64,000 nucleotides of DNA from Haplodiscus bocki (lineage: Eukaryota): NCBI GenBank assembly GCA_965655095.1, contig OZ296649.1, forward strand, positions 133,672,001 to 133,736,000, given 5' to 3'. The notes beneath the pieces are model-generated. The model was given only the letters and a program-made list of their open reading frames with translations, was not told the origin of the DNA and did not search any database. Below, piece after piece: positions 48,831 to 60,376 of this stretch (within the stretch, counting starts at the first letter, position 1; the number at the start of each line of letters is the position of its first letter). The translations under genes were made by a program, and so were the position numbers.

Positions 48831-50327
48831 CAGGGTACTGACGGCTCTGCAAAAAATATCAGCAAGTCATGGGGAATTTGGAGAAAAGTAAAAAAAAACA
48901 CGACTACTGAATTGAATACTTTCCTTTCGAAAATTTTTTTTCGAGGGACAATATTACGTTCGAATGACCTTCTCCAAGTAGGAATATACCAATTGAGAGA
49001 CTCATGGAAAAAATAAAGTCGTTATTTTTGGGGATGAGTACGAAAGTAGAGAAGAATCCGACGTGAAGTAGCAATTTTTCGTCAATTCCTTCTAGTGACT
49101 TTCCACAGGGACCAAACAGCTGAATGAGACGTTAAAGGAAAAAATCTAGCCGTCATTTTCGGAAAAAAAATAGATCCAAATTTCAAGACAAATCAATTCT
49201 GTCTGCACTTTCTGTCAATGTCGATTCATCAGAACTACAATGCCCGTAACTTAATCTAAAACGGTTATTTATAAAAAATCACCTTTTACGGTCAGGTAAC
49301 TGTTCATCCAGAGTCGTCCAGGCAAAAATCTAGCTAGTAGTTTGGTAGAAAAATGAATTTGATGATCAAGGAGAATCATGTGTACATGCAACTTTTGGCG
49401 TTTATTCGGCCAATCAGGCCTGCGGTACAAAGAGAATAACCCACGATACTTTTACAGAATGACCTACGGTGAGAAAAAAGGCAGAAGTGTCATGTACAAA
49501 ATGCAATCAGCAGAAACAAGTCAATTTTTTCATTGAAAATCAGTTTCCACTACGAATTTGAAAACTTCTGAAAAGTCGAAGATTATCGGACCATAAGTTT
49601 ATATCTTTTTTTTCATCATGTGAAGTTGAAAAAGGGTTGAGTTGTTTTGTTCAGGTAGAAAAAGGGAGCAATTTCGGAAAACAGGACTTTCAGGTAAAAA
49701 ACCTCGCGAAAAACGAAAAAACCCTGTTTACAATTTCTGGGGTGTTTCTCATTGAATTTAAGTTTCAGTCCTTTACTAGTTGTAAGAGTTGGAATATTTT
49801 CTAGTGGCTATCTTCAGTGCGGGGTGTGAGGAAAAATCTCTTGCAAAAATTGGAGAAATTATTCCAAGATTCGAATCAACTATTCCATAGCTATCAAGAA
49901 TTCTCTGTGCCTTTACATTATTTCTTTTACAGATTCATAATTTAATCCCTATATTTTTTCTCATCAGGCCGATAGTAGAATTCAATGAAAGTTTAATTTC
50001 AATATAATTTTGTTGCATTTAATTTCAATGCGGATATTGGGTATGTATTACTTTTGCCCTGGTTTTATTGGTTGCTGGTTGCTCCGGAGATTAGTTTTTC
50101 GTGTAGAAGAGGATCCGTTGTCAACAAATAATCAATATATTTCTTTGTAGCGCCAAGATTTAATGGTTCTATAATCACTAAGATTAAGATCATGCACTCC
50201 CGCATTACCAAAATTTAATAAAAAAAAACACTTAAAACATTACACTAGCCGACTTTCAATTTGCTTCTCCGGCTCTAATTTTAATTGTCTGATTTATTAT
50301 CCATCCGTGCGTGCAGGTTAGTTTTTC

Positions 50328-52442
50328 TTAAACTCGGTGCATTTGTCCATTGAGGTGTGCATATGTAGGTGCACTTTCTTCTACTCTTGTTTCCATCAGT
50401 TGAGAGTCGGGTAGTATTAGGCTTTTATTCCGCCAAAGAAAATATTCATCAAATTGCACATGATCCAAGTGTTGAAATTCTACCACCATGATCGGTTTGA
50501 GAGGAAGCTTTTGTTTATCAGGCTTGTGAAAGAAGGGCTGGAACTTGTGAAGTTTATTGTAGCGAGGTAGTGCAAACATTAGTCCCAAATGTAGTAGTGC
50601 ACTAAGGATGAATACTGCATTTGCGATAACCAAATAAGTTTTCCACGAAATATAGTCATTGAATTGTTTCTCAAATGAGGGCCACAGCATGATTAATTTC
50701 TAAGCAATAGTCTCAGCTATTTGTTGAATACTCTTTTTGTAACCATATTGTTGTTGGGCTTGAAGTTCCAGTTTGACAGATTTGGGTAGTTTCATATTAG
50801 CTTCCACTTTTGTGTTGTAGTATGGTAGTTCATTTACCTGAAAAAATTGGCCAATGGTTTGGGAAGTCCCACATCCAGTTTCACTGATGGAACTTTTGCA
50901 CATTAAGATAGATCAGATCGGATTCTGATATTTTATCTAGTTAACTTTTTACCACATTCTAGTGTTATTAAACAGATTCTACATCCTTCGACTGTTTTTG
51001 AACCTGCCAGGGTTGTAGCGTCTATATAGTTTTCTTTGATTTCGAAGTTTGCCTGTGCTGGAGTTATGAGCCATATTCCATATCTTAGATTTGTTGCTTT
51101 CACCTTTAGTGAGACTCGGACTGTATCACAAACTTCTAGCGCATCCATAATGTTTCCAAAACAAAAAGTTGAGAGACATGAAGAGTCTTTACTTTCTGTC
51201 GCTAAGGTTTCCTGACAAATTCTATATTTGCTTGAACCAATGTAATTGTCGACTTGGTCTCTTGTTACTAGAGAAGTTTCCATCACGTTTTCCGATACTG
51301 CCAAGTATTCTGCTTCCATAGTCCACTTAACTGCCATGTCTTCGTCCCTTTGGGGTTGAGGTAGCACAATTGCTTGGTACACTGTGAATGCTGTTTGTCG
51401 TGATGCAAATGGCATTGCCATTGTCATCAAAAGACCATTATCAAGGGTAAATACATCCAATAAAGGGCATGATTCCTAATATGCCAAACTTCCTGTTTTG
51501 GAATGGCCAAGGTAAGTCAGTTATCGGACTTCTCTTATAAGTCGTCAACCACTTTCAAGAATTTTCAAAGGATTTCTTAGGTAATAGGGACAAAGGAACG
51601 TATTTTGAAAGTAGAGAGGGAATAGCATTCATAATACTCATCTGGAACGCAAACAGCTGCTCGATAGGCTTTGACGTTGCAATAGATTAGGGAAAGCCAA
51701 GAAGAAACTGTATCCAAACTGAAGTTCATCTGTTGTCTTGTATAAAGTAGTTGATCACAATTGCGCATGTCGTGGATCTTCTCCGGGAAGTGCTCCTCGA
51801 TCTTTTGCCAGTTCTCTTTTGAATTTCGATAAATTGATTTTGGATTTCGTGAAGGAGGGCTAAATCTTTTGAGACACGGAAAAATTTCTCATCGGTTGTG
51901 TTCGCAAGTTGTCGCCAATAGCTATGGCGTATTCTCGATATTTTTAGCATTTGTTCGGGCTTTTTCTTGACATGATCCAAAAATACCCAAGATACCACAA
52001 TCATCCGAGGCACCAAACATGATGCCGGTTCCGAATAATCCTACGGCGCCTGCTACTGCTAAAGGTACTGCTCTTTTAGACAGTTGTTTTTTCTTGATTA
52101 CAGTGACCTTCAAGGATACTTCGTGTTTTATTTTGTTCAGGTCTTCGTCGGCGAACGAGATATGCTTTTTTGTTTCTTTTAGAAGCCAATCTACTTTGAA
52201 GTCGTTTTCAATTGTGTTTGTGAATTTAAAATAACATCTATGGGTCGGCATTGGCCATATGCTGCAATTCTGTTGCTACTTTGTCTAGTTGGATGTCAAC
52301 TTTTGGGTGGAGGAGTAAGAATTGGACATTTACAAAATTTTCTGCAAAGTAATTTTGTCCCGTCGTGGGAAAATACCCCTCGCTCGAGACTACCTTTGCC
52401 ATCTGCTACCGCTATTATTAAAAACAGAAAAAGTAGAGTCAT
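50328..52442 (-). pseudogene. env: near full-length class I viral fusion (env/F-like) glycoprotein gene, frameshifted; terminal unit of the array
   Basis: Signal-like MTLLFLFLIIAVA; basic cleavage site KKKQLSKR|AVPLAVAGAVGLFGTGIMFG (fusion peptide); heptad-rich region; Cys-rich region; TM WKTYLVIANAVFILSALLHLGLMFAL; cytoplasmic tail to the stop at 50328. About 700 codons when frames are joined. Confidence 0.85.
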
Positions 52443-55400
52443 TGTGGAAGGCTCTGCGATTTGTATTTGGCTGATTTTCTATTGAAGCTGTAGTGGAAGT
52501 TGGATTAATCACTAGCTCTTTCTCTTTGCAGTACAGTTAAAATACAAATGATTTGGGGGGTATACTTGCACCTTAAATCGTTTAAAGTTCGTCTTCTAGA
52601 TAGTCCAACAGTTCTTCTAGTTTGTCTTTGAACGTTGATTCTAACTTCAATGATTTGGAGTGTTTGCCCAGGGTATCATAGAGTCTGTTGACTTCAATTG
52701 GGTCAATGTCAATTTCCATATAGTAGGGCTCATTGTGGGGTTTGAAGACTCTCTTTCGAATGAGGGGAGAACATCCACATTTACTTTCTGTCTGAAGTTT
52801 ATTGTAGCGAGGTAGTGCAAACAATAGTCCCAAATGTAGTAGTGCACTAAGGATGAATACTGCATTTGCGATAACCAAATAAGTTTTCCACGAAATATAG
52901 TCATTGAATTGTTTCTCAAATGAGGGCCACAGCATGATTAATTTCTAAGCAATAGTCTCAGCTATTTGTTGAATACTCTTTTTGTAACCATATTGTTGTT
53001 GGGCTTGAAGTTCCAGTTTGACAGATTTGGGTAGTTTCATATTAGCTTCCACTTTTGTGTTGTAGTATGGTAGTTCATTTACCTGAATAAATTGGCCAAT
53101 GGTTTGGGAAGCCCCACATCCAGTTTCACTGATGGAACTTTTGCACATTAAGATAGATCAGATCGGATTCTGATATTTTATCTAGTTAACTTTTTACCAC
53201 ATTCTAGTGTTATTAAACAGATTCTACATCCTTCGACCGTTTTTGAACCTGCCTGTTTGTGAATTTAAAATAACATCTATGGGTCGGCATTGGCCATATG
53301 CTGCAATTCTGTTGCTACTTTGTCTAGTTGGATGTCAACTTTTGGGTGGAGGAGTAAGAATTGGACATTTACAAAACTTTCTGCCAAAAATAATTTTGTC
53401 CCGTCGTGGGAAAATACCCCTCGCTCCAGACTACCTTTGCCATCTGCTACCGCTATTATTAAAAACAGAAAAAGTAGAGTCATTGTGGAAGGCTTTGAGA
53501 TTTGTATTTGGCTGATTTTCTATTGAAGCTGTAGTGGAAGTTGGATTAATCACTAGCTCTTTCTCTTTGCAGTAGTTAAAATACAAATGATTTGGGGGGT
53601 ATACTTGCACCTTAAATCGTTTAAAGTTCGTCTTCTAGATAGTCCAACAGTTCTTCTAGTTTGTCTTTGAACGTTGATTCTAACTTCAATGATTTGGAGT
53701 GTTTGCCCAGGGTATCATAGAGTCTGTTGACTTCAATTGGGTCAATGTCAATTTCCATATAGTAGGGCTCATTGTGGGGTTTGAAGACTCTCTTTCGAAT
53801 GAGGGGAGAACATCCACATTTACTTTCTGTCTGAAGTTTATTGTAGCGAGGTAGTGCAAACAATAGTCCCAAATGTAGTAGTGCACTAAGGATGAATACT
53901 GCATTTGCGATAACCAAATAAGTTTTCCACGAAATATAGTCATTGAATTGTTTCTCAAATGAGGGCCACAGCATGATTAATTTCTAAGCAATAGTCTCAG
54001 CTATTTGTTGAATACTCTTTTTGTAACCATATTGTTGTTTGGCTTGAAGTTCCAGTTTGACAGATTTGGGTAGTTTCATATTAGGTTCCACTTTTGTGTT
54101 GTAGTATGGTAGTTCATTTACCTGAATAAATTGGCCAATGGTTTGGGAAGCCCCACATCCAGTTTCACTGATGGAACTTTTGCACATTAAGATAGATCAG
54201 ATCGGATTCTGATATTTTATCTAGTTAACTTTTTACCACATTCTAGTGTTATTAAACAGATTCTACATCCTTCGACCGTTTTTGAACCTGCCTGTTTGTG
54301 AATTTAAAATAACATCTATGGGTTGGCATTGGCCATATGCTGCAATTCTGTTGCTACTTTGTCTAGTTGGATGTCAACTTTTGGGTGGAGGAGTAAGAAT
54401 TGGACATTTACAAAACTTTCTGCCAAAAATAATTTTGTCCCGTCGTGGGAAAATACCCCTCGCTCCAGACTACCTTTGCCATCTGCTACCGCTATTATTA
54501 AAAACAGAAAAAGTAGAGTCATTGTGGAAGGCTTTGCGATTTGTATTTGGCTGATTTTCTATTGAAGCTGTAGTGGAAGTTGGATTAATCACTAGCTCTT
54601 TCTCTTTGCAGTAGTTAAAATACAAATGATTTGGGGGGTATACTTGCACATTAAATCGTTTAAAGTTCGTCTTCTAGATAGTCCAACAGTTCTTCTAGTT
54701 TGTCTTTGAACGTTGATTCTAACTTCAATGATTTGGAGTGTTTGCCCAGGGTATCATAGAGTCTGTTGAATTCAATTGGGTCAATGTCAATTTCCGTTTA
54801 GTAGGGCTCATTGTGGGGTTTGAAGACTCTCTTTCGAATGAGGGGAGAACATCCACATTTACTTTCTGTCTGAAGTTTATTGTAGCGAGGTAGTGCAAAC
54901 ATTAGTCCCAAATGTAGTAGTGCACTAAGGATGAATACTGCATTTGCGATAACCAAATAAGTTTTCCACGAAATATAGTCATTGAATTGTTTCTCAAATG
55001 AGGGCCACAGCATGATTAATTTCTAAGCAATAGTCTCAGCTATTTGTCGAATACTCTTTTTGTAACCATATTGTTGTTGGGCTTGAAGTTCCAGTTTGAC
55101 AGATTTGGGTAGTTTCATATTAGCTTCCACTTTTGTGTTGTAGTATGGTAGTTCATTTACCTGAATAAATTGGCCAATGGTTTGGGAAGCCCCACATCCA
55201 GTTTCACTGATGGAACTTTTGCACATTAAGATAGATCAGATCGGATTCTGATATTTTATCTAGTTAACTTTTTACCACATTCTAGTGTTATTAAAGAGAT
55301 TCTACATCCTTCGACCGTTTTTGAACCTGCCTGTTTGTGAATTTAAAATAACATCTATGGGTCAGCATTGGCCATATGCTGCAATTCTGTTGCTACTTTG

Positions 55401-55561
55401 TCTAGTTGGATGTCAACTTTTGGGTGGAGGAGTAAGAATTGGACATTTACAAAACTTTCTGCCAAAAATAATTTTGTCCCGTCGTGGGAAAATACCCCTC
55501 GCTCGAGACTACCTTTGCCATCTGCTACCTCTATTATTAAAAACAGAAAAAGTAGAGTCAT
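52443..55561 (-). repeat. env array type A: 3 units of 1039-1041 bp (N-terminus plus TM region, middle deleted)
   Basis: env ATGs at 53483, 54522 and 55561. The internal junction gaacctgcc|tgtttgtgaa removes ~1.2 kb including the fusion peptide. The unit junction is YNKLQ|TESKCGC. Confidence 0.95.
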
Positions 55562-58500
55562 TGTGGAAGGCTTTGCGATTTGTATTTGGCTGATTTTCTA
55601 TTGAAGCTGTAGTGGAAGTTGGATTAATCACTAGCTCTTTCTCTTTGCAGTACAGTTAAAATACAAATGATTTGGGGGGTATACTTGCACCTTAAATCGT
55701 TTAAAGTTCGTCTTCTAGATAGTCCAACAGTTCTTCTAGTTTGTCTTTGAACGTTGATTCTAACTTCAATGATTTGGAGTGTTTGCCCAGGGTATCATAG
55801 AGTCTGTTGAATTCAATTGGGTCAATGTCAATTTCCATATAGTAGGGCTCATTGTGGGGTTTGAAGACTCTCTTTCGAATGAGGGGAGAACATCCACATT
55901 TACTTTCTGTCGCTAAGGTTTCATGACAAATTCCATATTTGCTTGAACCAATACATTTGTCGACTTGGTCTCTTGTTACTAGAGAAGTTTCCATTAAGTT
56001 TTCCGATACTGCCAGGTATTCTGCTTCCATAGTCCACTTAACTGCCATGTCTTCGTCCCTTTGGGGTTGAGGTAGCACAATTGCTTGGTACACTGTGAAT
56101 GCTGTTTGTCGTGATGCAAATGGCATTGCCATTGTCATCAAAAGACCATTATCAAGGGTAAATACATCCAATAAAGGGCGTGATTCATAATATGCCAAAG
56201 TTCCTGTTTTGGAATGGCAGAGGTAAGTCTGTTATCGGACTTCTCTTATGAGTCGTCAACCACTTTCAAGATTTTTCCAAGGATTTCTTAGGTAATAGGG
56301 ACAAAGGAACGTATTTTGGAAGCAGAGAGGGAATAGCGTTCATTATACTCATCTGGACCGCAAACAGCTGCTCGATAGGCTTTGACGTTGCAATAGATTA
56401 GGGAAAGTCAAGAAGAAACTGTATCCAAATTGAAGTTCATCTGTTGTCTTGTATGAAGTAGTTGATCACAATTGCGCATGTCGTGGATATTCTCCCGGAA
56501 TTGCTTCTCGATCTTTTGCCAGTTCTCTTTTTGAATTTCGATAAATTGATTTATTTTGGATTTCGTGAAGGAGGGCTAAATCTTTTGAGACACGGAAAAA
56601 TTTCTCATCGGTTGTGTTCGCAAGTTGTCGCCAGTAGCTATGATGTATTCTCGATATTTTTAGCATTTGTTCGGGCTTTTTCTTGACATGATCCAAAAAT
56701 ACCCAAGATACCACAATCATCCGAGGCACCAAACATGATGCCGGTTCCGAATAATCCTACGGCACCTGCTACTGCTAAAGGTACTGCTTTTTTAGACAGT
56801 TGTTTTTTCTTGATTACGGTGACCTTCAAGAAGGAGGATACTTCGTGTTTTATTTTGTTCAGGTCTTCGTCGGCGAACGAGATATGCTTTTTTGTTTCTT
56901 TTAGAAGCCAATCTACTTTGAAGTCGTTTTCACTTGTGTTTGTGAATTTAAAATAATATCTATGGGTCGGCATTGGCCATATGCTGCAATTCTGTTGCTA
57001 CTTTGTCTAGTTGGATGTCAACTTTTGGGTAGAGGAGTAAGAATTGGACATTTACAAAATTTTCTGCCAAAAGTAATTTTGTCCCGTCGTGGGAAAATAC
57101 CCCTCGCTCGAGACTACCTTTGCCATCTGCTACCGCTATTATTAAAAACAGAAAAAGTAGAGTCATTGTGGAAGGCTTTGCGATTTGTATTGGGCTGATT
57201 TTCTATTGAAGCTGTAGTGGAAGTGGGATTAATCACTAGCTCTTTCTCTTTGCAGTACAGTTAAAATACAAATGATTTGGGGGGTATACTTGCACCTTAA
57301 ATCGTTTAAAGTTCGTCTTCTAGATAGTCCAACAGTTCTTCTAGTTTGTCTTTGAACGTTGATTCTAACTTCAATGATTTGGAGTGTTTGCCCAGGGTAT
57401 TATAGAGTCTGTTGACTTCAATTGGGTCAATGTCAATTTCCATATAGTAGGGCTCATTGTGGGGTTTGAAGACTCTCTTTCGAATGAGGGGAGAACATCC
57501 ACATTTACTTTCTGTCGCTAAGGTTTCATGACAAATTCCATATTTGCTTGAACCAATACATTTGTCGACTTGGTCTCTTGTTACTAGAGAAGTTTCCATT
57601 AAGTTTTCCGATACTGCCTGGTATTCTGCTTCCATAGTCCACTTAACTGCCATGTCTTCGTCCCTTTGGGGTTGAGGTAGCACAATTGCTTGGTACACTG
57701 TGAATGCTGTTTGTCGTGATGCAAATGGCATTGCCATTGTCATCAAAAGACCATTATCAAGGGTAAATACATCCAATAAAGGGCGTGATTCATAAAATGC
57801 CAAAGTTCCTGTTTTGGAATGGCAGAGGTAAGTCTGTTATCGGACTTCTCTTATGAGTCGTCAACCACTTTCAAGATTTTTCCAAGGATTTCATAGGTAA
57901 TAGGGACAAAGGAACGTATTTTGGAAGCAGAGAGGGAATAGCGTTCATTATACTCATCTGGACCGCAAACAGCTGCTCGATAGGCTTTGACGTTGCAATA
58001 GATTAGGGAAAGTCAAGAAGAAACTGTATCCAAATTGAAGTTCATCTGTTGTCTTGTATGAAGTAGTTGATCACAATTGCGCATGTCGTGGATATTCTCC
58101 CGGAATTGCTTCTCGATCTTTTGCCAGTTCTCTTTTTGAATTTCGATAAATTGATTTATTTTGGATTTCATGAAGGAGGGCTAAATCTTTTGAGACACGG
58201 AAAAATTTCTCATCGGTTGTGTTCGCAAGTTGTCGCCAGTAGCTATGACGTATTCTCGATATTTTTAGCATTTGTTCGGGCTTTTTCTTGACATGATCCA
58301 AAAATACCCAAGATACCACAATCATCCGAGGCACCAAACATGATGCCGGTTCCGAATAATCCTACGGCGCCTGCTACTGCTAAAGGTACTGCTTTTTTAG
58401 ACAGTTGTTTTTTCCTGATTACGGTGACCTTCAAGAAGGAGGATACTTCGTGTTTTATTTTGTTCAGGTCTTCGTCGGCGAACGAGATATGCTTTTTTGT

Positions 58501-60376
58501 TTCTTTTAGAAGCCAATCTACTTTGAAGTCGTTTTCACTTGTGTTTGTGAATTTAAAATAATATCTATGGGTCGGCATTGGCCATATGCTGCAATTCTGT
58601 TGCTACTTTGTCTAGTTGGATGTCAACTTTTGGGTAGAGGAGTAAGAATTGGACATTTACAAAATTTTCTGCCAAAAGTAATTTTGTCCCGTCGTGGGAA
58701 AATACCCCTCGCTCGAGACTACCTTTGCCATCTGCTACCGCTATTATTAAAAACAGAAAAAGTAGAGTCATTGTGGAAGGCTTTGCGATTTGTATTGGGC
58801 TGATTTTCTATTGAAGCTGTAGTGGAAGTTGGATTAATCACTAGCTCTTTCTCTTTGCAGTACAGTTAAAATACAAATGATTTGGGGGGTATACTTGCAC
58901 CTTAAATCGTTTAAAGTTCGTCTTCTAGATAGTCCAACGGTTCTTCTAGTTTGTCTTTGAACGTTGATTCTAACTTCAATGATTTGGAGTGTTTGCCCAG
59001 GGTATTATAGAGTCTGTTGACTTCAATTGGGTCAATGTCAATTTCCATATAGTAGGGCTCATTGTGGGGTTTGAAGACTCTCTTTCGAATGAGGGGAGAA
59101 CATCCACATTTACTTTCTGTCGCTAAGGTTTCATGACAAATTCCATATTTGCTTGAACCAATACATTTGTCGACTTGGTCTCTTGTTACTAGAGAAGTTT
59201 CCATTAAGTTTTCCGATACTGCCTGGTATTCTGCTTCCATAGTCCACTTAACTGCCATGTCTTCGTCCCTTTGGGGTTGAGGTAGCACAATTGCTTGGTA
59301 CACTGTGAATGCTGTTTGTCGTGATGCAAATGGCATTGCCATTGTCATCAAAAGACCATTATCAAGGGTAAATACATCCAATAAAGGGCGTGATTCATAA
59401 TATGCCAAAGTTCCTGTTTTGGAATGGCAGAGGTAAGTCTGTTATCGGACTTCTCTTATGAGTCGTCAACCACTTTCAAGATTTTTCCAAGGATTTCTTA
59501 GGTAATAGGGACAAAGGAACGTATTTTGGAAGCAGAGAGGGAATAGCGTTCATTATACTCATCTGGACCGCAAACAGCTGCTCGATAGGCTTTGACGTTG
59601 CAATAGATTAGGGAAAGTCAAGAAGAAACTGTATCCAAATTGAAGTTCATCTGTTGTCTTGTATGAAGTAGTTGATCACAATTGCGCATGTCGTGGATAT
59701 TCTCCCGGAATTGCTTCTCGATCTTTTGCCAGTTCTCTTTTTGAATTTCGATAAATTGATTTATTTTGGATTTCGTGAAGGAGGGCTAAATCTTTTGAGA
59801 CACGGAAAAATTTCTCATCGGTTGTGTTCGCAAGTTGTCGCCAGTAGCTATGACGTATTCTCGATATTTTTAGCATTTGTTCGGGCTTTTTCTTGACATG
59901 ATCCAAAAATACCCAAGATACCACAATCATCCGAGGCACCAAACATGATGCCGGTTCCGAATAATCCTACGGCGCCTGCTACTGCTAAAGGTACTGCTTT
60001 TTTAAACAGTTGTTTTTTCTTGATTACGGTGACCTTCAAGAAGGAGGATACTTCGTGTTTTATTTTGTTCAGGTCTTCGTCGGCGAACGAGATATGCTTT
60101 TTTGTTTCTTTTAGAAGCCAATCTACTTTGAAGACGTTTTCACTTGTGTTTGTGAATTTAAAATAACATCTATGGGTCGGCATTGGCCATATGCTGCAAT
60201 TCTGTTGCTATTTTGTCTAGTTGGATGTCAACTTTTGGGTAGAGGAGTAAGAATTGGATATTTACAAAAATTTCTGCCAAAAGTAATTTTGTCCCGTCAA
60301 GGGAAAATACTCCTCGCTCGAGACTACCTTTGCCATCTGCTACCGCTACTATTAAAAACAGAAAAAGTAGAGTCAT
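55562..60376 (-). repeat. env array type B: 3 units of 1605 bp (N-terminus, fusion peptide and middle; no TM)
   Basis: ATGs at 57166, 58771 and 60376, exactly 1605 apart. The unit junction is ETLA-TESK|CGC. Confidence 0.95.
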
